From a virus (Duplodnaviria; Caudoviricetes), in the IMG/VR virus record IMGVR_UViG_3300012921_000055, positions 1 to 40,148 of that record: a DNA stretch of 40,148 nt. One strand, written 5' to 3'. The position numbers and the translations under genes are program-made. Shown piece after piece: positions 7,055-17,765 of the stretch. The notes beneath the pieces are model-generated. The model was not told the origin of the DNA, made no database searches, and saw only the letters and a list, made by a program, of their open reading frames with translations. The first letter of the stretch is position 1, and the number at the start of each line of letters is the position of its first letter.

Positions 7055-10000
7055 GACACACCATTTTTCGGGTAGATCATCGCCGTCGTCAGCTCGCCAT
7101 TCGGCGTTGCTGAGCGGGTGCCGGAGGAGGTGGCGATCTGATAGGAGAGCCGAACGTCGGTCAGGTAGCTGCCGGCATATTCCTCGTAGTCGAGACCCGC
7201 CCCGACGTAGTTGATTGACGGGTCGACGGTCACAGCCTGCGTGATGTCGAAGGCGTCGTTGTAGGTGCCCGGCGCGTCTTGATTGCCGCGATATGGCGGG
7301 CTGACGAAAATCTGCCCGGCGTCCTGCCAGCCGAGGGTGGCGTGATATTTCCAGAGCCCGATCACCATATAGCCGGACTGGCTCACGTTGCCGTCCTGCA
7401 GTTCGAGCGGGTTGCCCGTCCAGCCGGGGTTCTCATGAACCGACTGGATTACCCCGGTGACGCGGACGTTGACGGTGTTGTTCACCGCGCCGCCGGAGCC
7501 GTTGAGCTGATAGTAGGTCCGCACAGAGTCGGTCGTGCCGCCGGTCGGCCCGGCCGTCTGGTTAGATGGCAGGGCCACGGTCGTGATCTTGAGCCGCGGC
7601 GTGAAACCGGTCCCCGAGGCGCTCTCGGCGTAATAGTTGTTCGACTCCCCTGATCCTGGCTGGCTCACCGGGCCGTCGCGGAGGAAGACGATCTCAGGCG
7701 TCAGCCCGATATCATAGCCGAATGACACCGGAACGCCGTCGGTGACGCTGACCGGGAAGGGCTGGACCGCCAGCTTTAAGCGTCGAGAGCCGACAAGTAT
7801 CTCGGTGCCGACCGATACGCGGTCGATCACCGCCTCGCGCATCCTGACCACGTTCCCGCGCACCTCGAAGGGCGCGATGGCGTTGGTGCCGTTGTTCGAG
7901 ATTTGGACGGCGGTGGCCCAGAAGTTGATGGCGCTGTAAGCCGCGTCGGGGCCGCTGACGGCCAGCACCTGCATCCCCGCTATCTGGTTGCCGGCGACGG
8001 CCTGAAGCAGGGCGCGGCTCTCCAGACGGCCCTCAAGCGTAGCGGAGGCGGTCTCGGCCGCCGTGACCCGCGCCTCGACCGAACCCGGAGCCCAAGGGGG
8101 GGCCTCGGTCTGGGTCGCGGTTGCCTCGGACAGCATGGGGCGAAGCCAGAAGGCGTAGCTGGACGGCTGGCCAGCGTAGGTCGGGCCCTTGCGGAGAAGA
8201 AGCTGTATCCGCGCCGTTCCGGCCGGCGGGGTGAAGAACAGCTTGAGCCGCTTGAAGTCAGTGAGAGATGGCCCGCCCTGCTTTTCGGCCTGATTAGACG
8301 AGGTCGCGCTGCTGAACCCTTCGTCGGGGTAGAGAAGCGCGGCGCCGGCGGAGTTCAGGCAAGCCGCGATGAGGCGCATCGAGCATCGGTGAGCGCCAGT
8401 GTAGGCGCTGACGCAGGCCCGCTTGACCCCGTCCCAGGGCACCTGCTCGCTGTAGAAGTCGTAGTAAGCCGACTCGTTCGTCCCCGCGCCCGTCAGGTCG
8501 GCGGCGTAAAGAGGCCGCTCGCTGTTCACTGGCGGCGAATAGTCGCCGTTGTTCGGCCAGACGGAGGCGGTGGAGGCGCCGCTCAGATAGCCGCCCGCCG
8601 ACCACGGCCCCGGAATAACGCCGGGAGCGTAATCGCTCCCGAAGAACTGCGAGCGGGTGAGCAGATTGGAGCCCCCGGCTCTCGCCTCGATCAGGGCCAC
8701 CCGGCTGGCGTCTGCCTTCCCGAGAGCCAGATCGGCCGCCGTCTGGGACAGCTGCGAGACCGTGCCCGACAAGCTGGCGAGCCGGTCCGCAACGCCATCG
8801 CCAGTCTCGATGAACTGGACCTGATAGACCCCGCCCCCGCCGTAGGTGCGGAACAGGGACCGCCAGTAGGCACCGGCGTTAGAGATAAGAACGTCGGCGC
8901 CCTGAACGACCTCATGTTCCTGCCAGACGTTCAGCGCCGGGGTCACACGAGATGCCGCGGTATAGCCCGGCAGGAGAGCCCAGTGCTGACTCAGGTTGAT
9001 TGTGTAGAGGTCGACCCCACCCAGCGGGCCGCTGATCTGACGCCAGCGCGCCTTTACCTTGAGGGTCCGGCCCGCGACCAGCACGGCAGCGGCGTCGGGG
9101 CACAGGTCGACGGCCGCCGAAATTTGCATGACGCGACCGACGCCCGCCACGTCGACAAAGCTGAACGGGGCGACCGCCTGAATGGGGGTGACGCTCGGCC
9201 CGCCGGTCCCCGGCTGGCCCTCATAGGCCGTCCGCCATCCCTGCCCCTGAAACTGGAAGTCCCGGGCAAAGGTGGTTCCGGTGACCCCATCGACGCGGGA
9301 CTTCACCACCAGTAGGTCGGAGGCGTTGGCCTTCTGACCGTCAAGCGAGGTGACGGCCAGCTGGAGGCTCGACACGCTGGCCTCAAGCGCCAGTTCATCC
9401 GCGACGTTCGGCTCCGTCAGGAACGACAGGATGTCGATGTCCTGCGTCCCGGCAGGGTAGTTGATCAGGGCCTCGGGCCGGAGATAATCGGCGCTCGGAA
9501 AGGTCGCTATGACGTAGTCGTGGTCGACCACGACGGAGAGCGTCTTGATGCCGTCCACCGGGTTGATGTTCATGTTGGCGTCGGAGATGCCCCACGCGGC
9601 TTGGCTGTCGGCCGACAGCGCGATGCCTCGGAGGTAAAGGTTAGCGGCACCCGAGGTGGTGAGGGCCCTCGCCCGCAGCGTGATCCGGGTCTTGTGTCCC
9701 GCCTTCAGCGGGAGCCACGCCAGCGGCCCGAACCGAAAGTCTGTCGTCCTGACGTTCAGAACCCGGCCATCACCCGTGGTCGAGAACGTAGTGCCGGCGT
9801 AAGCGTCTAGGGGCGGGTAGACGTCGGCCCGGATGGCGGGCGTGTCGGTCCAGCTCACCCGCCAGAACGCCGAGTCCTGCGAGAAGTCAGACGGCAGCGC
9901 CTGTTCGGACAGTTGGCGGGCGCGGGCGGCCACCACGGCCAACGCGCTCGCTTCGGCCTTGCCGGTCTGGAGGTTCACGATTGACTGCTGCTGGGCCGCA

Positions 10001-13000
10001 TTCACCGCGAGCAGGCCCGTCGTCGGCGTATTGATCGCCACCTCGGTCGCGGTGAGTCGCGCGGCCAGGCCGGTCGTCGGCGTGTAAATCGCCGTCTCCG
10101 TAGCCGTGATCCGGGCCAGCGCCCCCGTGGTGGGAGTGTTCAGTTGGTTGAAGATCGCCTGCGTCCGGTCGACCAGCCCGGAGGTCGCCGTGTTGAGCGT
10201 GGCCTCGTGCTGAGCGATGGCGTCTTGAGCGTCCTGCAGAAGCTGCGACAGGACCGGCACCTGAGAGGCCTGCGCCGCGATGTCCTCGGCTGGCACGTCG
10301 CCCACGTTCTTCGTGTCATCGGAGACGTTTGAGCCCGCTGGAACCGTGTGGAGCCCGCTGGTCGTCCACGCCGAGGGCCAGCCATCCCCCGAGCGCCAGC
10401 CGCCACGGACGCGGTAGCGTTCGCCAGACCGCAGCCCGGTGATATCGCCCACCGGGTTCTTCGCGGCGAGGATCAGGCCGGCGCTTTCCCACGGGTCCGG
10501 GGAGCCGGAAGTCGGGGTGCGCTGGACCTCAAGAATGAGGTCGACGCCGACCGCTGCTTCGAGAGCAGTGACCGAGACTGCGAGGACGCCGTGGCTGGAG
10601 CCTTGTGGACCGGTGCGGGTCGCGGGCGCCACCTGAAGGTTGTCGGGCGGGAACGGGTCTTTGCGGACATTCACCGCTTCGAGCGTCATTGGCTCGGGCG
10701 AAGTTTGCCCGGCCTCGGTGACGGCCCGGATCTCGACGTCGATGAGGGTGCGGCCCTCGAAGTCGTCGGCCGAGACCGGCAAGGCCCGCGGCGACGGGAT
10801 CATGACCATGCGGTCGCCGGCAGCGACCGGAGGCAGGCCCTGCCACGAGGTCTCGGTTCCGGGTGCGGGCGTCGGACGCCAGCGAGCGGAGAAGCCGACG
10901 ATGGGCGAGCCGCTCCACGGCGGCATGTCGAACGAAACCCGGACCCCTTCAGGGTCAGCCTGAACGCCGAGGAAGCGGGGCGCCGGCGGGCTCGCCTGCC
11001 GTTGACGGTTCAGACGGGTCTGGAGCGGCGGGATGGGCCCGGTCTCACCAGCCATGAGAAGCGGCGCCACATAGCGAACGCCAGTCAGAACAGCCGTCAG
11101 GCCCTCGCCCGGCTCGACGCCGATGATCTCGGTGTCCTCGCTGATGCGCGTGGGGACACCGAAAGCGATCAGATCGTCGCGCTTCGGGGAGAACTCGGGC
11201 GCGCGCGGCACGGCGAACTGAAGCTCGCGGGTGACCACCGCCGCATCGTCGGCCTCGTTGATGACAGGGACGGAAGTCGCAACGCCGGAGGCCAGCCGAA
11301 TGTCGACGGCGTAGCTCTCGCCCGGAAGCATCTCGACCGGGTGGGCCAGGCGGACGCCGCTGACCAGACCACCGGACCAGCGGCGGCAGCGGATGCGGCT
11401 GGACGTGCCGCCGTCGACGCGCTGCCATGCGAGCCGGACGCGGGCGCCGTAGCCCGAGACCAGATGCTCGGCGTCGAGGGTCCATGTGTCGATGCGGCGG
11501 CGGTGAAGCCTTGCGCCAAGCTCCCAGCGCCCATCGCGGTAGGCCCGCTCGGGCGTCTTCTGGCCTTCCAGCCGCAGGGCCTCGACCAGAACAGCCGCCT
11601 CGACGCCGGGCCCTGCGGTTTCCGCATAGCCGTCGGCGTAGACGTAAAGCTCGTCTGGGTCGCCGCCCTCTTCGATGTTCTGGAACTCGACCCGGAAGGC
11701 GTGGACCGGGTCGGGGTAGACTATCGTCCAGCGGTGATCGCGGAGGTTCGAGTTCGCGAAGAGCTGGACCGGAGCGGGCTTCTCAACCCAGCACACGGCC
11801 GCAAGCTGGCGGCCATCCCAGAACAGGGAGGCGCGCCCGGCCTGCTCCAGCAGCGCGATCACCTGATCCTGTCGGCGCTCTTCCAGAAGGTAGATGCCGG
11901 CGCGCCAGTCATACTCGTCGCAAAGCTCGGCCCACGCGCGGAGGCGCGCGTCGGCCTGGGCAGGCTGGAGGGGCAGAGCCGGAGCGGGCCCCGTCATCAG
12001 CCAGCGCATCAGGGCGGCCGGGTTCGAGGTCGGCGCAGGCGAACCCCATGCCGTGCCGTTCCACGTCTCGCAGACGGGGATGATCCGGCAGGTGATCGGC
12101 GCGAGCGTTCCTTGGTTCAGGGCAGTGGCGCGAACGGCGAACTCGATGATCGAGAGCGTCTCGTCGGTCACTGCCTTGCGGAAAGCGACCGAGCGGATAG
12201 CCGTCAGGGCGATCCGGTCTCGGCGCTTCTCATTGTTGTCGGGCTTCAGGGAACGGACGAACTCGAACTCGTAGCGGCCCATCGGCAGCGAAACCGAGTG
12301 TGTGAACCGCATCGGCTCCTTCGTCGTGGAGCTGCGCGACACCGCGGGGGCCGTCGACCATGTTCCGCCGCCGGTCGGGTTGCCGTCCTCGTCCACCGGG
12401 CGGTAGCGGACGTAGACGGTGACGGAGGCGGCAAGCACCCGCCCGTCATCCTTCTGGAAGTGCAGACCGCCGGGCAGGAAGAAGTCGAAGTCGAACCGCT
12501 CGCCGGCCGCCGATCCGGCGCGGACGATAGGGGTAGCGCTGCCGGTCGTGGCCTCCAGCTCTTCCTGAAGGTCCAGCTGGTCAGGATCGTTCTGGTAGAT
12601 CGTGAACTCACGCGGGCCGGGCGTCAGATGCTCGACCATGCGGAAGTCGCCGGGCCCCATCGAACTGGCGAGCGTGTCCCCGATCTTCAGATCAGCGACC
12701 GTGCAGGGCCCATAGTGCAGGCCGAGGATGCCGTGCAGCCAGACGTCGTCGCCCACCGACTGCGTGTAGGTCTTGGCGGCGAAGTCCGGCGCCACCACCA
12801 CCTCGCCCAGGGCGAGAGGCATCGGAGCCCACGGGCGGTATTGGTTCGAGGCGGTCTGGAGGGCGTAGCGCTCGTTGACCTTGGCTTGGTTCTCGGTCTC
12901 CGGCGCGAAGATCGCCGCGACCGCCGCCTGACCGAGGGTCAGCACGGCCGCGGCCGCGACCCGCGCCAGCAGCGTCGTGCCGAGGGCCGTGCCCCCGCCG

Positions 13001-13323
13001 CCGATCCACATGGACACCGCGATCACCGCGATGGTCATCAGGATCTGGCCGATATCCTTTCGGCCGCCGCCGCCCATCGGCTCGACCACGACGTTGATGA
13101 TCTGCCCCTCGACCAGAACCCGGTCGAGCGTCTGGTCTCGCTCCAGCCGCTGGCCGTCGACGTAGACCACCGTGCGCGACAGATCGTCGGCGTCGATAGC
13201 TCCGCTCTTCACGGCATCGAGCAGGGCGGCCTTGATGGTGCGACCGGCCGGCTGCTCAAGGTAAGCGACCTCGCGCGAGAACGGCTCGGGCGACAGGACG
13301 AGCGGCACGGAACCGTCAGCCAT
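7051..13323 (-). CDS. Host-specificity / central tail fibre protein (J/TipJ-like, ~2090 aa)
   Basis: N-terminal ubiquitin-like gpI/J-type region, SNPA hub motif, FnIII-like domains, coiled-coil repeats and beta-rich modules; AGGAGG SD before ATG 13323. Confidence 0.9.
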   Translation of the reverse strand: MADGSVPLVLSPEPFSREVAYLEQPAGRTIKAALLDAVKSGAIDADDLSRTVVYVDGQRLERDQTLDRVLVEGQIINVVVEPMGGGGRKDIGQILMTIAVIAVSMWIGGGGTALGTTLLARVAAAAVLTLGQAAVAAIFAPETENQAKVNERYALQTASNQYRPWAPMPLALGEVVVAPDFAAKTYTQSVGDDVWLHGILGLHYGPCTVADLKIGDTLASSMGPGDFRMVEHLTPGPREFTIYQNDPDQLDLQEELEATTGSATPIVRAGSAAGERFDFDFFLPGGLHFQKDDGRVLAASVTVYVRYRPVDEDGNPTGGGTWSTAPAVSRSSTTKEPMRFTHSVSLPMGRYEFEFVRSLKPDNNEKRRDRIALTAIRSVAFRKAVTDETLSIIEFAVRATALNQGTLAPITCRIIPVCETWNGTAWGSPAPTSNPAALMRWLMTGPAPALPLQPAQADARLRAWAELCDEYDWRAGIYLLEERRQDQVIALLEQAGRASLFWDGRQLAAVCWVEKPAPVQLFANSNLRDHRWTIVYPDPVHAFRVEFQNIEEGGDPDELYVYADGYAETAGPGVEAAVLVEALRLEGQKTPERAYRDGRWELGARLHRRRIDTWTLDAEHLVSGYGARVRLAWQRVDGGTSSRIRCRRWSGGLVSGVRLAHPVEMLPGESYAVDIRLASGVATSVPVINEADDAAVVTRELQFAVPRAPEFSPKRDDLIAFGVPTRISEDTEIIGVEPGEGLTAVLTGVRYVAPLLMAGETGPIPPLQTRLNRQRQASPPAPRFLGVQADPEGVRVSFDMPPWSGSPIVGFSARWRPTPAPGTETSWQGLPPVAAGDRMVMIPSPRALPVSADDFEGRTLIDVEIRAVTEAGQTSPEPMTLEAVNVRKDPFPPDNLQVAPATRTGPQGSSHGVLAVSVTALEAAVGVDLILEVQRTPTSGSPDPWESAGLILAAKNPVGDITGLRSGERYRVRGGWRSGDGWPSAWTTSGLHTVPAGSNVSDDTKNVGDVPAEDIAAQASQVPVLSQLLQDAQDAIAQHEATLNTATSGLVDRTQAIFNQLNTPTTGALARITATETAIYTPTTGLAARLTATEVAINTPTTGLLAVNAAQQQSIVNLQTGKAEASALAVVAARARQLSEQALPSDFSQDSAFWRVSWTDTPAIRADVYPPLDAYAGTTFSTTGDGRVLNVRTTDFRFGPLAWLPLKAGHKTRITLRARALTTSGAANLYLRGIALSADSQAAWGISDANMNINPVDGIKTLSVVVDHDYVIATFPSADYLRPEALINYPAGTQDIDILSFLTEPNVADELALEASVSSLQLAVTSLDGQKANASDLLVVKSRVDGVTGTTFARDFQFQGQGWRTAYEGQPGTGGPSVTPIQAVAPFSFVDVAGVGRVMQISAAVDLCPDAAAVLVAGRTLKVKARWRQISGPLGGVDLYTINLSQHWALLPGYTAASRVTPALNVWQEHEVVQGADVLISNAGAYWRSLFRTYGGGGVYQVQFIETGDGVADRLASLSGTVSQLSQTAADLALGKADASRVALIEARAGGSNLLTRSQFFGSDYAPGVIPGPWSAGGYLSGASTASVWPNNGDYSPPVNSERPLYAADLTGAGTNESAYYDFYSEQVPWDGVKRACVSAYTGAHRCSMRLIAACLNSAGAALLYPDEGFSSATSSNQAEKQGGPSLTDFKRLKLFFTPPAGTARIQLLLRKGPTYAGQPSSYAFWLRPMLSEATATQTEAPPWAPGSVEARVTAAETASATLEGRLESRALLQAVAGNQIAGMQVLAVSGPDAAYSAINFWATAVQISNNGTNAIAPFEVRGNVVRMREAVIDRVSVGTEILVGSRRLKLAVQPFPVSVTDGVPVSFGYDIGLTPEIVFLRDGPVSQPGSGESNNYYAESASGTGFTPRLKITTVALPSNQTAGPTGGTTDSVRTYYQLNGSGGAVNNTVNVRVTGVIQSVHENPGWTGNPLELQDGNVSQSGYMVIGLWKYHATLGWQDAGQIFVSPPYRGNQDAPGTYNDAFDITQAVTVDPSINYVGAGLDYEEYAGSYLTDVRLSYQIATSSGTRSATPNGELTTAMIYPKNGVS
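10010..10215 (-). repeat. Four ~18-aa tandem repeats in the tail fibre (xTPTTGLxARxTATExAI)
   Basis: NTATSGLVDR..., NTPTTGALAR..., YTPTTGLAAR..., NTPTTGLLA; coordinates approximate. Confidence 0.8.
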
Positions 13324-13349
13324 CGTGCCTCCTAGAAGTCTGGGGCCGC

Positions 13350-13802
13350 TCAGGCGGCGCGAATTTCGGTGATCCAGTCCGGGACGAAGGCCCCTCGCAG
13401 GCGGTAGGCCGCCGCGGGGTCGTCCAGATCCAGAAGAACGGTGCCGGCGCGGGCGTCGGCGTGGATCAGCCGGCGAGGCGAGAGCATGAAGCCGACGTGC
13501 CCGGCCCCACCCAGCCACTCCAGCCACGCCACCACCCCCGGCTGCGGTTCAACGGGCCGCCAGTGGGCGAGCCGTTCGGCGATGAGGCGGGAGCGTTCGG
13601 CGCGCCCGGCGAGCCGGACGACCGAGGCGCTGTAGAGGGTCCGGTAGTCCGGCGTTTCGACGCCGCAGTGGGTGGCGAGACACCAGCGGGCGCAGCCGCG
13701 GCAATCCCAGCCAGCCGGAGTGTCGCCTTTCGGAACGAACGGCGTTCCGATCAGCGGGGCCACGCGCGCCTCAAGGTCGCGCGGGACGACCATCGTCGTC
13801 AT
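13350..13802 (-). CDS. NlpC/P60-family tail tip protein (gpK-like)
   Basis: GTPF...GWDCRG and HVG...LIHA catalytic motifs. Confidence 0.88.
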   Translation of the reverse strand: MTTMVVPRDLEARVAPLIGTPFVPKGDTPAGWDCRGCARWCLATHCGVETPDYRTLYSASVVRLAGRAERSRLIAERLAHWRPVEPQPGVVAWLEWLGGAGHVGFMLSPRRLIHADARAGTVLLDLDDPAAAYRLRGAFVPDWITEIRAA

Positions 13803-14272
13803 CAGAACAGGCCGGGCACCGTGGCCGGCGTGTAGATGCGGGCGCAGGCCGGTTCCTGCTTGAACGAGCGCGGCCGGATCACGGCGGACACCTGCGAGGC
13901 GTCACCCTCGACGGAGGGGATGCGCGCGCCCTCGATGGCGATCTCGGCAGTGTCGGGAGCCGAGACGCGGACCAGCGAGAGCGACACCTCGGGCGGGTTT
14001 ATGGCCGAGTCGCAGGCGTCCTCGATACGTCGATCGACATTCGCAATCGTCAGCTTTCCCTCGCCGAAAGGGTTCTCTTTGCTGGCGCCGGCCCATGCCA
14101 GGCGGAAGGGAAAGTGCGGGAAGGTCTCGCCCTCGGACACGATGCCGTCGGCCCAATCCGTCGCCCTGATGGGCTCCGGGTCGGCGTCGGAGGTGATGGT
14201 GACCAGCTGGGCCAGAGGCTCCTGCTGACGGCCCCACGCCTCTTCGATAAAGGCCTCGGTCAGTTCGCTCAT
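13802..14272 (-). CDS. Minor tail protein (DUF1833-like)
   Basis: FPFRL...LTIANVDR...EP...YTPATVPGLF pattern; synteny. Confidence 0.8.
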   Translation of the reverse strand: MSELTEAFIEEAWGRQQEPLAQLVTITSDADPEPIRATDWADGIVSEGETFPHFPFRLAWAGASKENPFGEGKLTIANVDRRIEDACDSAINPPEVSLSLVRVSAPDTAEIAIEGARIPSVEGDASQVSAVIRPRSFKQEPACARIYTPATVPGLF

Positions 14273-14273
14273 G

Positions 14274-15188
14274 TCAGGCGGTCTCCAGCCAGAGCCCGAC
14301 GCCCATGATCACCGTGGGCCCGCGGTCCTCGATCATCCGAGGCGCGCCGTCCGCGGCGAACGAGGCGACACACAGGCGCTCGCTCTCAGGCTCCACGATC
14401 CAGAAGTCGGCAGCCGTGCGGGCGAAACTCTCGAGGATTTCCCGTTGCACCTTGTCGCAGCGCAGGGCGCCGTCGAAGCGTCGAGCGGGATCGATGGCGG
14501 TTCGGCGGGCGACAGGGCGGTCGGTAGCGCTGGCGAACTCAACCCGGCTCGGCAGGGGCTCCGCCCCTCCACGGGCCTGAAACGGCTTCAGGAGGGCAGG
14601 CCACGAGGGAAGCTGGAGGTCTTCTGCGGCATGGGTGCCCGGCGACCACAGAAGGGGCTCAGCGCGGCCCGCAGGGACGGGACCGACGAGCGGCTTCAGG
14701 AGGGCCAGGTCCACCGCTTGACCGGTCAGCGCGGAGACCCGCGCCTCGACAGTCGCCGTTGCCGTGCCGCCCGGAGCCGCGATGCGGAGATAGGCCCGGC
14801 GGAAGGTGTCGGACAGGCCGGACACCCCTTCGCCGTGAAGGCTCAGAAGGGCGGGCCGAACGGGCATCTCATGAGCGATGATCTGGCTGCCGCCGCCGTC
14901 GCGGAACACGAGACGGGCGCTCGGCTGGACAGCAGCGCCCGCCAAGTGCGCAGCGATGAAGGCCTGCGCCTCGATCACCTCGCCGGCCGACGCGGTCGGG
15001 CGGCTGCCTGTCGCGGGCTGGATCGTCAGGAAACCATTTGAGCCTGCGTTGCCCGCCCCCCGCAGAACCTGCCGGCCGGGCGCGCCGCGGGAGGTTTCGT
15101 CAACCGACAGCGTTAGATCGCCCGACGCAGTCCAGCCCTGCGCCAGATCCACGAACCCGGCGTTGATCAGCCGCTGAGACATGCTCAC
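14274..15188 (-). CDS. Distal tail-like protein with N-terminal carbohydrate-binding-like domain
   Basis: Follows the tape measure gene; LINAGF...GW beta-sandwich-like N-terminus; C-terminal WP...RVEF..RR..RRF pattern. Confidence 0.6.
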   Translation of the reverse strand: MSMSQRLINAGFVDLAQGWTASGDLTLSVDETSRGAPGRQVLRGAGNAGSNGFLTIQPATGSRPTASAGEVIEAQAFIAAHLAGAAVQPSARLVFRDGGGSQIIAHEMPVRPALLSLHGEGVSGLSDTFRRAYLRIAAPGGTATATVEARVSALTGQAVDLALLKPLVGPVPAGRAEPLLWSPGTHAAEDLQLPSWPALLKPFQARGGAEPLPSRVEFASATDRPVARRTAIDPARRFDGALRCDKVQREILESFARTAADFWIVEPESERLCVASFAADGAPRMIEDRGPTVIMGVGLWLETA

Positions 15189-17761
15189 CTCTTCTTCGGC
15201 TGGGGCGTCAGGGCGTGGGCGCGGTCGAGGGTGCCGTCAGCGCCCATCCGACCGACTTCGCTGCGCACGGCCTCGCGGAGGATCACCTCGACCCCACCAT
15301 CCGGCGTCCGGCGCTGCTCGGCTTTCACCGGCTGCGAGGTCTGGTTGATCACGTTCACCGGAACATTGACGACCGGAGGCGTAGAGTAACCCCGCGCGCC
15401 GCCCTCCATCCCGGCCATGAGGGCTGCGGTGCGATGGGCGTTGTGGATGCGCGTCCCGCCCGGCAGCTCGGCCAGTTCGAGACCTTCCTCGCCCACCGGA
15501 TAGAGGCCGGTCGCGCCGACCAGACCGCCGCGGGCGAAGCCCTTGGAACCGGTGACCGTCACGCCTCCGCCGCCTGGCTTCGGCGAGAGGCCGCCACCGC
15601 CGCCGAACAGCGAGCCCCCGATGTTGGTCAGGAACGAACCGAGCAGACCGCCACCACCACCGCCGCCGGACCCACCGGGCGCGCCGAAGATGCCGTTGAC
15701 CAGTGGCTCGATCAGGAGCTTCTGGATCGCGACTTCCATGAGGGCATCGACCACCCGGCCCAGAGCATCGACCGCCACTTCGCCCATGGCCTTGAAGGCG
15801 TCGCCTGCGTTCTCCGCGTTCTTCCACGCATCGCGCAAGCCGGCGTTCATACCGTCGAGTGCGTCCAGCGCCTCGCCTTGAATGATCTGACTGAACTCGC
15901 CGAAGTCCGCGATCTGGCTATCTCGCCATTGGCCCAAGGGCCCGCTCGTCCGGCGCTTGACGTCTTCCCGCTCCTTGGCGTGAAGCTCGGTCATAAGATT
16001 GAGCGTGTCGATCAGGGCTTGGCGCGCGGCGGGCTCCTGCTGGGCGGCGATCTTCGACTCCAGCGCCGCGCGCGCCGTGTCCTGCGTGATCCTCAGAAGC
16101 TCAAGCTCGATCTTCTGGCGCTCTTCGGCGGTGCGGGCGCCTGACGACGCCAAGGACAGAAGGTCTGCCTGCACGTCGGCGTAGGCCTGCTCCGCCTCCG
16201 CGACCTCGCGGGCAGCCGTTTCCTGCGCTTCCCGGAGCCGCTCGCGCTCTTCCGCATCGCGCGCCGCCTGCTGGAGGCCCTCAATATTTTCGAGGCGAAG
16301 CGCGTTCTCTTCGGTCCAGCGGTTGCCAGCCTCTAGGGTCTGGCGGCGTAGATGGTTGGTCCACGCCTCCTGCGCCGCTTCCGACTCGGCCAGCAATCGC
16401 GCGGCGTTCGCACGAATTTCCGGGGTCGCTCCCGAGCGCATGTCCCGACGGAGAAAATCATCGGCAGCCCGAAGCTCGTCCGCCCGAAGACGCTCAGCCT
16501 CGCGTTCAGCTTCACGCTCTCTGCGTTCCCTATCCCGGTCAGCCTCGGACCTCCCTCCGCCGCCACCGCGGGCGGGTCGGTCGGGCCGCTCCCAGCCCGG
16601 CGGCTTTGCGGGTGCAAACTCGCCGGTGCCGTCGGCCAGATGACGCATGTCCGCAGCGAGCGCAGACCTCTCACGGTCCCGTCGGTCGAGAAACTCTCGG
16701 CGCTGCTGGTTCACCCCCAGCCACGTCAGCCAGCCCGGCTGTCGGCGGATGCCTTCGTCTCGGGCAGCGTCCCCCTCTTCGGCCGTTCGGCCGCGGACCA
16801 CGTTGCTGATTGTGCCGATCAGACCCCGAGAGGGGCGCGAACCGTCGCCGCCGCTGAACCTTTCGAGGGCGTTATCCAGCTTGGCGAGCCAGCCGATGAT
16901 CGAGGCGATGGCGGATACGACGTCGGCGAAGTCGTCGGCCAAACCAACCACCGCGAGCCGCATGGACGAGTCGATGCGCTGCTGGGCGATCTCCATCTGG
17001 CGGTCGGCTTCGGCCAGGGCGTCGACCACATCCTTGCCGGCGACCAGCCCGAGGCGCTCGGCTTCGGCTGTCAGCTCTCGGATGCCGTCGGCGCCCAGCC
17101 GCAGAAGCGGCAGGCTTTCCTCGACGCCCAGCGATTTGGCGAACTTGACCTGAACGGCCCGGTCTTGAACCTGCCCGAGCGTGTCAGCGAGGATCAGGAG
17201 CATCTGGTCGGCGGTCTCGACGTTCGCCAGCTGGTCCTGCGTGATGCCAAGAGCCTCGAACACCGGCTTGAGCTTCGCGTCACCGACGCCGGATTTAAAC
17301 GCGCCGAGGGTGCCGTTCAGTTTTTCAAGGTTGGCGTCGAGGCTCTGAGCCGAAACGTCGACCTCTTCCGCCGCGAACCGGAGCCCCTGAAGGGCCTCCG
17401 TCGACGTGCCGATCCGGTCGGCCGTGCCGCTCAGGTCATCGGCCCACTGCATGGCCTCACGGGCCTTCGTCAGACCGATGGCGAGGACACCGAGCCCGGC
17501 GGCGGCGGCAAGGCCGATGCCGCCCAGCGAGGACAGCCCAGCGCCCAGCGGACCCGTGCGGCCGGCCAGACCCTCGACCCCCTGTCGGACTTGCCCGGTG
17601 GCGGCGTCGAGCGCCTTCATGCCGGGCGCAGGCTGGCGCATCGCGCGGTCGAGGTCGCGCGCCATCTTCGACCCAGCGGGACCAATGGAGGCGAGTTCCG
17701 CCTTTACCTGCTCCGCCCCCTGTAGGGACATGCGCAGGTTGATGGAGCCTCCACCGGCCAT
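15185..17761 (-). CDS. Tail tape measure protein
   Basis: 858 aa, helical and Ala/Glu-rich; C-terminal FARGG..VGEEGLEL motif. Confidence 0.92.
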   Translation of the reverse strand: MAGGGSINLRMSLQGAEQVKAELASIGPAGSKMARDLDRAMRQPAPGMKALDAATGQVRQGVEGLAGRTGPLGAGLSSLGGIGLAAAAGLGVLAIGLTKAREAMQWADDLSGTADRIGTSTEALQGLRFAAEEVDVSAQSLDANLEKLNGTLGAFKSGVGDAKLKPVFEALGITQDQLANVETADQMLLILADTLGQVQDRAVQVKFAKSLGVEESLPLLRLGADGIRELTAEAERLGLVAGKDVVDALAEADRQMEIAQQRIDSSMRLAVVGLADDFADVVSAIASIIGWLAKLDNALERFSGGDGSRPSRGLIGTISNVVRGRTAEEGDAARDEGIRRQPGWLTWLGVNQQRREFLDRRDRERSALAADMRHLADGTGEFAPAKPPGWERPDRPARGGGGGRSEADRDRERREREAEREAERLRADELRAADDFLRRDMRSGATPEIRANAARLLAESEAAQEAWTNHLRRQTLEAGNRWTEENALRLENIEGLQQAARDAEERERLREAQETAAREVAEAEQAYADVQADLLSLASSGARTAEERQKIELELLRITQDTARAALESKIAAQQEPAARQALIDTLNLMTELHAKEREDVKRRTSGPLGQWRDSQIADFGEFSQIIQGEALDALDGMNAGLRDAWKNAENAGDAFKAMGEVAVDALGRVVDALMEVAIQKLLIEPLVNGIFGAPGGSGGGGGGGLLGSFLTNIGGSLFGGGGGLSPKPGGGGVTVTGSKGFARGGLVGATGLYPVGEEGLELAELPGGTRIHNAHRTAALMAGMEGGARGYSTPPVVNVPVNVINQTSQPVKAEQRRTPDGGVEVILREAVRSEVGRMGADGTLDRAHALTPQPKKR

Positions 17762-17765
17762 GCGC

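Noticed and set aside
7051-8700. Diversity-generating retroelement or invertible tail-fibre cassette
   Set aside because: No reverse transcriptase or invertase gene, and no TR/VR pair or flanking inverted sites seen
10348-13335. 995-aa plus-strand ORF, and similar long ORFs at 22144-24186, 24128-25993, 26273-28234, 7903-9315 and 16352-17725
   Set aside because: Antisense shadows of well-supported GC-rich minus-strand genes, with no recognisable motifs
13324-13527. Upstream extension of the 2158-aa tail ORF
   Set aside because: Overlaps the NlpC/P60 gene; an AGGAGG SD supports ATG 13323
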